Assembly (NCBI GenBank): GCA_905236715.1
Contig: CAJOMQ010000004.1
Location: forward strand, 5,939-69,938
Direction of reading: 5' to 3'
DNA: 64,000 bases
Source of the DNA: an uncultured Bacilli bacterium
GTDB lineage: Bacteria; Bacillota_I; Bacilli_A; RFN20; CAG-826
This document shows positions 1-10,750 of this stretch, in pieces. Position 1 is the first letter of the stretch, and the number at the start of each line of letters is the position of its first letter. A program made the translations under genes and the position numbers. A model generated the notes under the pieces. It worked only from the letters and a program-made list of their open reading frames with translations. It searched no databases and was not told the origin of the DNA.

Positions 1-3000
1 AGCAAATGTAACCTTTCCATTTGTGCATGTATAGATATGTTCAATCCATGACAATAAGGATTCAAAGACATCAATAAATGAGAAATAGTTATAGAAAGTA
101 ATACAATAATACCAAATCGCAATATTATTCGTTAATGAACACCATTTCTCGATGGATGTTTTGGCATCACTGTTGACGGAATCGTAAATCGAATAAGCTT
201 CACGAGAATTACTAAGTGGGGCAATAACCACACCAACGTGTTCATTTAAAGTGATATTGCTTGGTGCTTTGAATAAATAGAAATAACCAAGAATATATAA
301 AGTAAATTCACGATTATTAACGCCATTTTGGGAATCGAGTTCCACAATCTTTTCCGCGACTTTATTTAAGAAATTAATAGCAGAACCCGCTCCATTATCA
401 GCATAAGTTGATCTAGCACTTTGACAAGCGGAACAAGAACATCCATTAAAATCAGTATCTTGTAATGAGAAAGTTAATTTCGTGTCATTTGGTTTATTAA
501 TCAAAGCATTACGCATATTAATAGCGGTTTGCTCCACCATTAAATTAAATTCACTACTATTACCATGCGCGGTATAACAAACGTCAACCGTGCCATCAGT
601 ACGGTACCAATTAGGATGTGATGATTGATATTGGTCTAAAGGTAACCACCAAATGGAATTGTGGAAGGTGACAACATTGCCATTACCATCAACTGGTCCA
701 TTAGTGAATTCATGAACAGTAGCAACACCATTAAAACCAAAGGTGTTGTAATTATAATCCGCACAATAATTGGGGCGATTTCTCGATTGGAAAGCCACAT
801 TAAATTCAAAATCAATATTTGGTAAGGTAGTTGGCATAGAACCATAATATGTTAAATTGTCATTTAATGCGGTCATACCAATCACTTGATTTAAGAATTC
901 AATCGCCGTGGCTAAATAGTCTTTAGAATCTTTGCACATCAAGATGATGGAATTATCCACTTTGACAAAGCGTGAATCATTCGTGGATAAAGATAATTGA
1001 TTTTCGATGTCTTTATTGCCCACAACGATTAAGTTTTTATCGGATGAATAATCAACTTTACCGACTTTATGAATAATCGTGCCACCAGTGTAATCACGAT
1101 AAAATTCAGGAGCATTACTATCTTTCTTCGTATATGTCACGCTTGTGCTTGTGGCTTTATATAAATGTTCGACGATTAAAGAAGCTGCTTTCACTGATTC
1201 AATATCATCTTTGTCACAAACAACAAGGTAGTCATTGGGGAAATTATGAGTAGATAGGCTATTAGGAGTTTCGGTAGTAATTAATGTCTCACCGAAATAT
1301 AAACCAGAAGAATCTCTATGGAAATAATCCCAAGATAAGATATCAGTTTGACATTCTCTTAATAATTCACCATGATATCCATTAGCGATATCATATGAAA
1401 GTGAGCTAGATGTGAGCATGGAAATACTTGATTCTCTCCTATCACACTTTCTAAAAAGTGGGAAATTAGCGTCTGGTAATAAGCAATAAACACCTTGATA
1501 AGCATACATCTCTTCAAATTGATTGCCTAAAAGGTGGAGAATACTTTCACTTCCTTTGGTTACTCTACTACCATCAACAAGACAATTTCTCACCGTCGCC
1601 ATGCCATTAAGTCTGGAACTTTGGCCATTATTAAATGCGCCGAAATAGGCTGTAGTAACATTGGAGGGAGAATATTTCACATAAATGTTTTCGCAAAGTC
1701 CTTCACCCCATCCGACAATAGTCGTGGTCCATAATGCAGTGATATTGACAAAGGCAGTATTTTTCAAAACGCCTGTTTTTGTTAATCGAGAAATAAAACC
1801 AGTAACACGGTCTGTTGATTCATTCCAACCAGGAACGAGAATGTTGATGTTGTTGATAGAATGACCACGGCCATCAAAAACACCTCTAAAGCCATATGCG
1901 GATTGGCCTGTTCCAACAGGAATATTGTGCATGAGAATGGGATAATCGCTATTGTTGAAATCAACATCATTTCCAAGAATGAAGTGACCATCATAAATGT
2001 TGTCATCAAGAGTGCCATTAACTGCGTCCGCTAAAGTGAGGAAACCACGGACATCATCAGGTGTTTTTAAAATCTTTGTGCATAATGTAACAGGAATGGG
2101 TGCCACAAAGACATCTTTATCCTTTCTGTAATTGATATAGATATTACCACCATCACCAAATACACCGCCAAATGCCGATGTATTAATAGTTCTAGTATTT
2201 CCTAAATAAGTTTCATTCCAATAGATTGATTCAATATCAATTTCAACAGGAATATCAAATGTATATGTTGATTCGCTTAAATCAATGTCAATCGGACTTT
2301 GATCGATACTTGCGGTATTATCGTTGTATTTTTTGATGAAATAATCAGAGGCATAAAGAGTTGTTGGCACCGGCCATGCTCCCGAAACAATGGAATCCGC
2401 CATGAAGCTTTCGGTTCCATTTAATTGATTAGAATTTAAGGTAGCGAATTGATTACCGCTGCAGGAAACTGTGCCATTAGGTGAAAATTCAAGATCAATA
2501 TAGTTGGTTAATATGGTACCTTTACCCACATTTCCATAAGTTGGGCCAGATGCACCATTAACAGGTGTCAGCATTCTCTTATTGTCACTATCGGCTTCGT
2601 TTCTGCCATTAGCGGAGAAACGCATATATAGTTTGCTATATTGTGTGAAATCAACTTTTGGTGTCACGAATCTCAAATATCCACCGACACCGATGAATTG
2701 CACAGCGGCTTTCGCATCTAATGCGCGATATTCACTAGCGCTATCAAACACCCAAGAATTAGTTGTGTCATAAACAGAACTAGTCCACTTTGCTTTGGTG
2801 GCAGCAAGCGTTTCTTCTAGATATTGTTGATTCCAAGCACCAACAGTCTCATATGAATATGTCTTGATGTAATGAGCACCACAAACGGTACAAGTTAAAA
2901 CATCAAGACCATCATTACCACCACTAGGAGGGTATGAATTTTCTTCATCGACGATGAAATTATGTTCTTGGACATTGGTCTTACTGGAACAATTGTTTTC

Positions 3001-3543
3001 CGTGCAATCATGCCAGTGATAATTTTCATCATAATTCCATTCACTTGCATATATGTGTGATTCAACAGTTTCCACTGAACATGAATATTCAAGTGTTATA
3101 GATTTTATATCTGATGCGGATTCCGCGACTATTTTAATATAATTACCATTTATTCTTATTTGTTCGTTTCTGGTGGGATGATATGTATAGCAATAATCAT
3201 TAGTGGAAAATCCTGATAATACAGCGATATCACCAGTAAAATCACCGACAAATGATTGTAAGCCTTTGGCCATATCTTTTTCGATGTAGCCATTTTCATA
3301 TAAACTGACATGGCCATTACTTATATTGGCTGCATTATGATATGAGAAAGTGGCATAGCCAATATTCTTTGTTCCTTCTCCCCCAATCAATGTTGGTTTA
3401 TTAGTGCTATCTAACGTTAAAGAATAGCTTGTCGCAGCATTCCTACGGATTGATATCATATTTTCATGAGAAAAAGTTGCAGCGGTGGTTGCAAAACTAA
3501 AAACCATTATTGATGAAATGGAAACAAGAATTTTTCTGTGCAT
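1..3543 (-). CDS. Large exported surface protein, N-terminus complete, C-terminus runs off the left window edge (>1180 aa)
   Basis: Missing from the ORF track only because its stop lies outside the window. The minus frame with codons 1-3 ... 3541-3543 showed no stop wherever I translated by hand (1-180, 421-480, 1861-1910, ~2350-3543). ATG at 3541-3543 gives MHRKILVSISSIMVFSFATTAATFS, which is signal-peptide-like. It contains GFRGVFDGRGH (1861-1893, same module as 3680..5767), a His/Cys module HWHDCTENNC...LTCTVCGAHY (~2878-3020) and GCSCSACQ (421-444). Confidence 0.7.
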   Translation of the reverse strand, partial: MHRKILVSISSIMVFSFATTAATFSHENMISIRRNAATSYSLTLDSTNKPTLIGGEGTKNIGYATFSYHNAANISNGHVSLYENGYIEKDMAKGLQSFVGDFTGDIAVLSGFSTNDYCYTYHPTRNEQIRINGNYIKIVAESASDIKSITLEYSCSVETVESHIYASEWNYDENYHWHDCTENNCSSKTNVQEHNFIVDEENSYPPSGGNDGLDVLTCTVCGAHYIKTYSYETVGAWNQQYLEETLAATKAKWTSSVYDTTNSWVFDSASEYRALDAKAAVQFIGVGGYLRFVTPKVDFTQYSKLYMRFSANGRNEADSDNKRMLTPVNGASGPTYGNVGKGTILTNYIDLEFSPNGTVSCSGNQFATLNSNQLNGTESFMADSIVSGAWPVPTTLYASDYFIKKYNDNTASIDQSPIDIDLSESTYTFDIPVEIDIESIYWNETYLGNTRTINTSAFGGVFGDGGNIYINYRKDKDVFVAPIPVTLCTKILKTPDDVRGFLTLADAVNGTLDDNIYDGHFILGNDVDFNNSDYPILMHNIPVGTGQSAYGFRGVFDGRGHSINNINILVPGWNESTDRVTGFISRLTKTGVLKNTAFVNITALWTTTIVGWGEGLCENIYVKYSPSNVTTAYFGAFNNGQSSRLNGMATVRNCLVDGSRVTKGSESILHLLGNQFEEMYAYQGVYCLLPDANFPLFRKCDRRESSISMLTSSSLSYDIANGYHGELLRECQTDILSWDYFHRDSSGLYFGETLITTETPNSLSTHNFPNDYLVVCDKDDIESVKAASLIVEHLYKATSTSVTYTKKDSNAPEFYRDYTGGTIIHKVGKVDYSSDKNLIVVGNKDIENQLSLSTNDSRFVKVDNSIILMCKDSKDYLATAIEFLNQVIGMTALNDNLTYYGSMPTTLPNIDFEFNVAFQSRNRPNYCADYNYNTFGFNGVATVHEFTNGPVDGNGNVVTFHNSIWWLPLDQYQSSHPNWYRTDGTVDVCYTAHGNSSEFNLMVEQTAINMRNALINKPNDTKLTFSLQDTDFNGCSCSACQSARSTYADNGAGSAINFLNKVAEKIVELDSQNGVNNREFTLYILGYFYLFKAPSNITLNEHVGVVIAPLSNSREAYSIYDSVNSDAKTSIEKWCSLTNNIAIWYYCITFYNYFSFIDVFESLLSWIEHIYTCTNGKVTFA

Positions 3544-3619
3544 TCTTGGTTTTTATTATATGCAGTATTCATAACCCACTTACGTGATAAGTATATTTTG
3601 CAATGAAAATAATTATTTT

Positions 3620-3661
3620 ATCGCAAAAGAAAAGGGGTCGCGCTAAAGCGCAATCCCCTCT
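3620..3661 (-). terminator. Rho-independent terminator downstream of 3680..5767
   Basis: GC-rich imperfect hairpin GGGGTCGCGC-taaa-GCGCAATCCCC (3634-3658). On the minus strand it is followed by a T-rich tail, TTTCTTTTGCG. Confidence 0.6.
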
Positions 3662-3679
3662 TTCAATGAAGGTCATTAA

Positions 3680-5767
3680 TTATATGTAGTTAATTGTCAC
3701 ACCATAAGGTATCGCATCTATACCCGCGATAACTCTTGTTGTTGCCGCCCCACTAGCGGTGTTCCATGTAATGTGATTGAATCTTGTTGATGCATTAATG
3801 TAATTTACAGGAAATAACGAAACATCAAATGAAGAAACATCGACACCATCTCTTGCTGGTGTATTTACATTAATGTTCATAAATTGCGCGTTATTAATGT
3901 AGTCTTTAGAAAGAATCCCTGTGCGACCCGTGTTAGAACCAGCAATTGTGGCCTCGACATCAATATTGTAAATTTTTATTTGATGTTGTGTGCTTGACCC
4001 TTGTGATCTTCCAATGAGACTTGAATAGTTATATCCGGTATAGCCTGTATTTTTAATGCGAAGATTTTTTAAAACACCTTCATTTTTAACGGCGGTGACA
4101 ATTCCGCATTGAGCATCACCAATATTTCCCGCTAGTTCATAACCACGACCATCAAACTCTCCATAGAAGCCATTCCCGGTCGTAGAATAGTCGCCAGAAC
4201 TTGTCTTACCAATGCCTGATGATGAGTAATCAACAATAATATTATTAGTCAAGGCATAATAACCATGCACTTCTGTTCCAAGATTATACCCTCTAATTTT
4301 TGCTAAATCAGAATTTTGAGAAATGTAATCTGTCACCAGTGTAACTGGTAAGGTAAATGTTTCTGAATTGCTATTGGTAATAGTAACTAGTCCTTGTCCA
4401 TGATCTTCGGGCTTAGCTTTTAACTCATCAGGTATGGCTAGATTATTCAAATTGTCACCCAAAGAATAAGTTGCTTCACCAACCGTAACATCAATAGATG
4501 AAATAGTACCAACTTCAACATCACCAACATCTAATGCAATAGCATTTGTTGAGTTGACAAAAATATCTTGTCTTTCTCTGGAAATAAGGGTGGATGAATT
4601 AGGAACAAATTGATATCCTTTTTGCACAACAGAAATATCATAGTTGCCATCTTTTACAGCGACAGGAGCAATAGAATCACCTTTATAAATGATATTGTCA
4701 TAGACATTAGTTAAATTGCTTCCAACCGTGCCAAATAGACAAGGAGAATTAGCACCCGTTGCGGCATTAATAGTTATATTTTCAAAGAGGTTTCTTTGTG
4801 AATATCTTAAAATGATACTTCCATAATTTTTGGAAGTTGAAGTAATTTGGTCAAAATTAAATGTGATGTTAGAAAAAATACTTTCATGTGCTTGCACAGC
4901 CATGGCTGTGTAGGCACTGCCTGTTAATTTAATCTTATCAAACGTTATATTGCGAATTTCGGCACCAGTCAAAAATCCGAACATTCCACCATTAAAATAG
5001 GATACTCCACCCCCGTCTATACTGTGACCTCTCCCATCAAGTATTCCGGAAAAACCGCGATCTGTCGCATCGGACCAGCTCAACGAAACATCTGGATAAT
5101 TAACATTTGTATCAATAGTCAAATCAGACGACAATAAGTAGTAACCATCTAAATATTCATCGGCTGCATAAGCGGTTCCAGCAGCTGATTTAAAAACGGT
5201 TCTAAAATTATAATAAGAATTAAATACTCTAGTTGCACCTATGGTGTCGGCGTAGAAAGATGGTCTAGTACCATTATTATCTAGCCATAATACTTTTTTA
5301 GTTTCTTTGACACCCGGTAATTCAGATGCTGCGGTATATTCGAAACCGCTCATCATCGATACTTCACCAAAGAATTGCCTTCCATCAGTGGTGTCGTAAA
5401 GAACAGACATAAATTTACCTGTAGATTCGTTGCTAGGAATGATCATTCGCGGATCCCAGCCATTTGTGGGAAATTCCGAAAAATCATAATCTTTTCCGCC
5501 TTCTTTAATTAAAGAGTCGGAAACACTGGGTTTACTAAATTGATACCCCCCCCCGCATTGAATCCAATATTCACGGACACCATAGCCATTTGGTGCACCA
5601 GTTGCTTCACCGGGTAATGACATATCGTAATGTACCCAAGTGCCAGCGGTCGCGGGGTTATATTGTGCAAAAGCGGGAACAGAATCAGATAATCCTGTTG
5701 CTAAACCCAGTGCTAAAGCGGCAACACTTGTTGCGCAAACACAGAAAGCAAAAGTTCTCTTTTTCAT
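3680..5767 (-). CDS. Secreted repeat (beta-helix / GLUG-like) surface protein
   Basis: 695 aa ORF with signal peptide MKKRTFAFCVCATSVAALALGLATGLSDSVPAFA. Two modules are present: GFSGILDGRGHSI...GGMFGFLTGAEIRNITF and GFYGEFDGRGYEL...CGIVTAVKNEGVLKNLRI. These resemble the F-x-G-x-FDG-x-G-x-x-I plus GLUG pattern of large Firmicute surface proteins. Confidence 0.7.
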   Translation of the reverse strand: MKKRTFAFCVCATSVAALALGLATGLSDSVPAFAQYNPATAGTWVHYDMSLPGEATGAPNGYGVREYWIQCGGGYQFSKPSVSDSLIKEGGKDYDFSEFPTNGWDPRMIIPSNESTGKFMSVLYDTTDGRQFFGEVSMMSGFEYTAASELPGVKETKKVLWLDNNGTRPSFYADTIGATRVFNSYYNFRTVFKSAAGTAYAADEYLDGYYLLSSDLTIDTNVNYPDVSLSWSDATDRGFSGILDGRGHSIDGGGVSYFNGGMFGFLTGAEIRNITFDKIKLTGSAYTAMAVQAHESIFSNITFNFDQITSTSKNYGSIILRYSQRNLFENITINAATGANSPCLFGTVGSNLTNVYDNIIYKGDSIAPVAVKDGNYDISVVQKGYQFVPNSSTLISRERQDIFVNSTNAIALDVGDVEVGTISSIDVTVGEATYSLGDNLNNLAIPDELKAKPEDHGQGLVTITNSNSETFTLPVTLVTDYISQNSDLAKIRGYNLGTEVHGYYALTNNIIVDYSSSGIGKTSSGDYSTTGNGFYGEFDGRGYELAGNIGDAQCGIVTAVKNEGVLKNLRIKNTGYTGYNYSSLIGRSQGSSTQHQIKIYNIDVEATIAGSNTGRTGILSKDYINNAQFMNINVNTPARDGVDVSSFDVSLFPVNYINASTRFNHITWNTASGAATTRVIAGIDAIPYGVTINYI

Positions 5768-6017
5768 AATAAAACCTCGAAAATTTATACTATAAGCTTG
5801 TCTATATCATATTTGAAAAAAAGATGGGCATTTATAAATAGAGGTGAAAATAGTAAAAAACACAATCATTTAGTGAATTTTTGAAATAATGTGATTTGTT
5901 ATGAATTTATGAAGATTTTTGCTTATTTCGAAAAAGTTGATTTTGAAATATTCTTTTTATTTTCATTAAATATATTTATTTTTTGATTTCAGAAAATAAT
6001 GTACCTATAATAAGGGT

Positions 6018-6800
6018 ATGTTCAATATCGTGGATGAAAAAACTAACTCTTATTGGCAGCTAAAATATGACGACAAAATCTTTAATGATTTGTTCTATCG
6101 TCATATGCACAGTAATTTTGAAATTCACCTCATCTTAAAAGGTGATGGTATTTTCGCGGTGAACGGAAATGAAATTGATGCGAGTGATTTGGATTTAATT
6201 ATTGTTCCACCACATACATATCATGTATTTGAAGTTAATAAGAAAGTTCCATATAAGAGAATGGTATTTAACTTCCCCGTCGATTATTACGATATCGATA
6301 TTTCCAAATTAGCGGAAAAGCCAGCGGTTCATAATTTATCAACCCATCACGAGATTGCGGAACTTTTCAAAAAGATTGAAGAATATTCGGAAACATTAAG
6401 TCCTGAATATTTTGAAAAGATGCTGCATTTATATGTGCAAATCATCTTAATCAAATTATTAAATACCACATTTAATGATGGCGAAAGTAAAAGCGCAAAT
6501 CATCTTACCGCGGCTGCTTTGGCCTATGTTGATGAACACATCTATTCTCCGCTTGATATTAAAACGATCGCTGATGCTTTATATATTTCGAAATCACATT
6601 TACAAAACACCTTCTTTAAATCAATGAAGATTGGCTTAAAAACATATATCATCCAAAAGAAGATGGATATGGCTCAGCAAATGATTAATAATGGAATGAG
6701 AGTGACAGAGGTGGCCACCAAACTCGGCTATCAAACTTATTCAACATTCTATAAATCATATGTGAAAATACATGGCGTTTCGCCGAATAAAGTGAAATAA
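6018..6800 (+). CDS. AraC family transcriptional regulator
   Basis: 260 aa with an N-terminal cupin-like half. The C-terminal double HTH reads DIKTIADALYISKSHLQNTFFKSMKIGLKTYIIQKKMDMAQQMINNGMRVTEVATKLGYQTYSTFYKSYVKIHGVSPNK, typical of AraC/XylS. Confidence 0.85.
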   Translation: MFNIVDEKTNSYWQLKYDDKIFNDLFYRHMHSNFEIHLILKGDGIFAVNGNEIDASDLDLIIVPPHTYHVFEVNKKVPYKRMVFNFPVDYYDIDISKLAEKPAVHNLSTHHEIAELFKKIEEYSETLSPEYFEKMLHLYVQIILIKLLNTTFNDGESKSANHLTAAALAYVDEHIYSPLDIKTIADALYISKSHLQNTFFKSMKIGLKTYIIQKKMDMAQQMINNGMRVTEVATKLGYQTYSTFYKSYVKIHGVSPNKVK

Positions 6801-6801
6801 A

Positions 6802-6830
6802 AGTTGCGGGTTCCGCAACTTTTAATTTTG
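6802..6830. terminator. Bidirectional rho-independent terminator between convergent araC-like and GH2-like genes
   Basis: Perfect 8-bp stem AGTTGCGG (6802-6809) / CCGCAACT (6813-6820) with a 3-nt loop. TTTAATTTTG follows on the plus strand and a T-rich run follows on the minus strand. Confidence 0.75.
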
Positions 6831-9180
6831 TTCGTCTTCTAATAGATATTCCCTGGAAGAAGTCCAATATTGTTTTGATTCCACGGGTTCATCATCTAAT
6901 TCCCAGAATTGGGTCATCATTCTTTCTTTGACTGGTTTCTTCGCACACTCGCGCATGTATTTTTCTAAATCATTATATTTAATATTATGTTTGGGATTAA
7001 AATCACCACTTTTAATATATTCGAATAAGAAATTAGCAAACGCTAAAGAGGATGGTTCGTCTTCATCAATACCAGTTAAATTAAAGCCACAGATAAGCAA
7101 AGGGGCATTATCCACTTTCATTTCAAATAAATAAGAGAAATTCCTCAATGTGCGATCTGGCATTAATTCTGGCAAATTAAATGATATTTTATAAGCATCA
7201 AAACGGTCACGATTACATTTATCAATACCAGTGACTAATGAAGATACTTTAATGGGGAAATCATCCAAAATGATTTTGTCCGCATCTTCACTGATGACGG
7301 AATAATTAAAGTCATAATATTTGGAAGTGGGGAAATGATATTTGTTTAATAATTCATCATTAATCAAGCCACCAAAATTAGTGCCACGATCCCAAATAAC
7401 GGGTTTAAATCTATTCCATGTCGCCTTAAAAGCGTATTCAGGATTTCCCATTTGTTTATCTAATAAATGTCTGGTCCATTTTTGACGATAAATTAAAATG
7501 GTTTTCTTTTTATTTTTTAAACTTTTTAAAGCGGTATTTATATCATCGGTGATGACATAATCTTTTTCGTTTGTGGTTACTAAATCACGGTATTTTAATT
7601 TGGAATAATGAGGATATAACCACAAATCCCAATTATTGACATATTTATTGTTATCAAAAGTGCAGGTGGCCACTAATTGGTATTTCTCACCGTATTGTAC
7701 TTTGGGTAATTTGATTTGGAAATGAGAAAGTCCACTATTACCGAGAGAGATAGATTCCACTACTTCTTTATGAACAATTATTTTCTTATCTCCACATTTT
7801 AAATAGCAGGTCACTCTCGCATTTTTAATATCTTTAAGATAATTTGACGCTGTTAAATTAATATTAACTGTGTCACCAGAATAATAATTTTTCTTTAAAT
7901 TAGTTAATAAAACAAAATCGTCATTAAATTTTAAAAATGATTTTGGTTTGACGGCATTTTCATCATCAAAGAAATCGACAATACCATTAGAATTTTCATA
8001 TTTATCAGTGTCGGCGAATTGTAAGAAATGGAAGCCTCCTAATAAGGGTGAACTCCGCACTTTTTCAAAAGCTTCTTTCCAACAAATGTATTGGAAATAT
8101 TTACTCGCTTTATACATCTTCAAATATGTTTGTTTATTATAATGTTTCTCTTTAATCAGTTTGATTTCTTCATCAATCCACCAGGGAAGAGAAACATTAT
8201 TATCTAAGCATTTTTGCTTTAAATCATAAAAATTCCTAAGCGCCGTATAATGACAAATTTCATGGGCGATTAAAGGAACTTGATATGGGGATTCACCTTC
8301 TTTTAATCCTTTTAAATCTTCTTCCGTTAAAGTGTGAATAGTTCTGGGATTAGAATACATCTCGCTATGTTTACCAAAGGGGAAGAAATAAGAAAGATGT
8401 TGCACATCTAAATCAATGTTGGGTCTATTGAATTTTCCCCAAGCACAAGAATCCACGAATAATCTATTTGGATCTTTATCTTTGATGAAATGGGCGATTT
8501 CTTCACTTCTTCGATTTTCATCTAATCCTTTAATTTCATTACCAATACAATAAATCGCTAAAGAGGGGTGATTATAAAAGGAATTAATGACATATTCCAC
8601 AAAAGAATTGGGGACCAAATCTTTTTTGGAAAATAGCATTTCTTCAAGGTTATTATAATTGTCATTTGGTTGTCTTAATTCGAGGTGCACTAAGATGCCT
8701 TCTAAATCCGCCGCGGTAAATAAGGCTTCATTAGGAACGACGGAATGGAATCTAATTAAATTAAAACCGAATTTTTTTGCTTCTTTGATATTCTTACGAT
8801 AAAATTCCACTTCTTGTAAATGCAAATTATTTTGGTGTTCATGCGCGGCAGCGCCACGGACATATCCTTTAACAAATATCGGGCGATTATTAATAAAGAT
8901 GAGACAATGTGCGGAAACCAAATGTCCCATCGATTTTTTCTTGATTAACCACCATTTGGTAATGATATAGATAAGGGGAATTGATATCCCATAAGATGGG
9001 GGAATTGATATGGAAATCAAAATCAATTGTGTTTCCACCTTTATTTTGATAATGATAATTAGTTTCTAAGACAGTAAAGGAAAATTCATTAATGTCACTT
9101 AATGATGAAACGTGGACACGGACATCGCCTGCGACATTAAAAGAATTAATCAAAATAATCGTCTTATTTTCACTAATCAT
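6822..9180 (-). pseudogene. Glycoside hydrolase family 2-like enzyme, split by a 1-nt frameshift near 8893-8925 (ORFs 8890..9180 and 6822..9038)
   Basis: The 96 aa ORF ends ...PILWDINSPYLYHYQMVVNQEKIDGTFGFRTLSHLY*, a GH2 sugar-binding-domain motif. The +1 frame continues CLIFINNRPIFVKGYVRGAAAHEH, then IYCIGNEIKG and PLIAHEICHY (TIM-barrel acid/base and nucleophile-like contexts). The first ~45 aa of the 738 aa ORF are out-of-frame read-through. Confidence 0.65.
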
Positions 9181-9187
9181 AAATTAT

Positions 9188-10735
9188 TTAACGAATTCTA
9201 TTTTCACTATCTTTATCAAAGAAATATAAATTATTTAAATCGAAGGTCACTTGTAATTTGTCGCCTTCTTTAACGCTCTTCTTACTACTAGTTTTTAAGG
9301 CCATACGTTTTTCACCCACTGTGAAATAAATAATTAATTCATGACCTAATAATTCATAGAAATCACAAGCGACATTCATTTTTGTGGATGGGTTAGTGTT
9401 ATTAACATCATCCGCAAGATAGATTTGTTCAGGTCTAGCGCCTAAAACAATTTGTTTTCCTTCATAAGCTTCTAATCTCTTTTGGTCATCTTTAGAAACT
9501 TTAAGGGAAAGTTTATCGTCAAAAACAATCTTTCCTTTGCTATAGGTGACATCGACGAAATTCATCGCGGGAGAACCAATAAAGCCACCGACAAAGATAT
9601 TATCGGGATCTTCATATACTTCTTTTGGTGTACCAATTTGTTTGATATGGCCATCTTTCATGATGACAATACGTGTGGCCATGGTCATCGCTTCAACTTG
9701 GTCATGGGTCACATATATTGTTGTGGCACCCACACGTTCATGAATTTTAATAATTTCACTTCTGGTTTGCGCTCTTAATTTAGCGTCTAAGTTAGATAAA
9801 GGTTCATCCATTAAGAAGACTTTGGGTTTTCTGACAATCGCTCTACCTAAAGCGACACGTTGTCTTTGTCCACCACTTAAAGCTGCGGGACGACGATACA
9901 AATATTTCACTAAATCAATACTTTCCGCGGCTTTTTGCACTTCAATATCAATTTCCTCTTTTGTGGGTCTTCTAAAAGCTTCAAGAGGTACTTCATTGTC
10001 TTGATAATATTGCAATTGTTCTTGCACCATTTTCGCGTGTGAATTAGCGATTTTTAATTCTTCACTCGCTTCATTTAAATCTTTTTTAATTTCATCATCA
10101 GGAGATGTTTCTAATTGGACATTATATTTTTTAATTTCGTTTTCTAAAGCTTCCACTTTCTTATTGGCTTTTGCCAATTCTTTAGTTTTTAATTTGATTT
10201 TGAATTCATCAATGCCAGTTTTTTGCACTTGTTTAGATTGGATTTCTTCTAAAAGAGAAAAATATTGTTTATATAATTCATCTCTTTGGACAAGTAATTC
10301 TTCGTTTTGTTGTTTGTTTTTATATTTACGATTAACTTTGGCAATTTGTTTTCTGATTTCTTTCTTTAAATCAAAAAGAGGTTGTAAAGTGGGATCTTCT
10401 AAATAGATGGGGCGAAAGGTTTTTCTTAATTTCAACGCAAAAGCCATATTGTCATAAACGGTCATATGCGGATATAAGGCATAGCTTTGGAAAACCATTG
10501 CGATATCTCTATCTTTTGGTTCGACATTATTGATTAAGCGATTATCGATATATAATTCACCACTAGAGATTTCTTCTAAACCTGCGACCATTCTTAACGT
10601 TGTGGATTTGCCACATCCAGAAGGACCGACAAAAACAATGAATTCTTGATCTTTCACTTCAAGGTTGAAATCATAAACGGCTTGCACGCCATTAGGGTAA
10701 ATCTTATTCAATCCAAAAAATTTAATATCTGCCAT
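9188..10735 (-). CDS. Sugar-type ABC transporter ATP-binding protein (MalK/MsmX/UgpC family) with a ~150 aa coiled-coil insertion
   Basis: Motifs present: Walker A GPSGCGKST, Q-loop FQSYALYPH, signature LSGGQRQR at aa 286-293, Walker B VFLMDEPLSNLD, H-loop YVTHD, and a C-terminal TOBE-like region. The signature motif lies ~150 aa later than in canonical MalK. Confidence 0.9.
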   Translation of the reverse strand: MADIKFFGLNKIYPNGVQAVYDFNLEVKDQEFIVFVGPSGCGKSTTLRMVAGLEEISSGELYIDNRLINNVEPKDRDIAMVFQSYALYPHMTVYDNMAFALKLRKTFRPIYLEDPTLQPLFDLKKEIRKQIAKVNRKYKNKQQNEELLVQRDELYKQYFSLLEEIQSKQVQKTGIDEFKIKLKTKELAKANKKVEALENEIKKYNVQLETSPDDEIKKDLNEASEELKIANSHAKMVQEQLQYYQDNEVPLEAFRRPTKEEIDIEVQKAAESIDLVKYLYRRPAALSGGQRQRVALGRAIVRKPKVFLMDEPLSNLDAKLRAQTRSEIIKIHERVGATTIYVTHDQVEAMTMATRIVIMKDGHIKQIGTPKEVYEDPDNIFVGGFIGSPAMNFVDVTYSKGKIVFDDKLSLKVSKDDQKRLEAYEGKQIVLGARPEQIYLADDVNNTNPSTKMNVACDFYELLGHELIIYFTVGEKRMALKTSSKKSVKEGDKLQVTFDLNNLYFFDKDSENRIR

Positions 10736-10750
10736 AAAACATTCCTCCCA

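Noticed and set aside
5930-6005. TTGATTT(T/C)..AAA direct repeats upstream of the AraC gene as AraC operators
   Set aside because: The matches are short, AT-rich and imperfect, at a spacing (~46 bp) that carries no particular support. They cannot be distinguished from background in this composition.
8890-9038. N-terminal ~45 aa of the 738 aa ORF (METQLILISISIPPSYGISIPLIYIITKWW...) as a real membrane-anchor sequence
   Set aside because: This stretch overlaps the 96 aa ORF, which carries genuine GH2 motifs in another frame. It is low-complexity read-through upstream of the frameshift.
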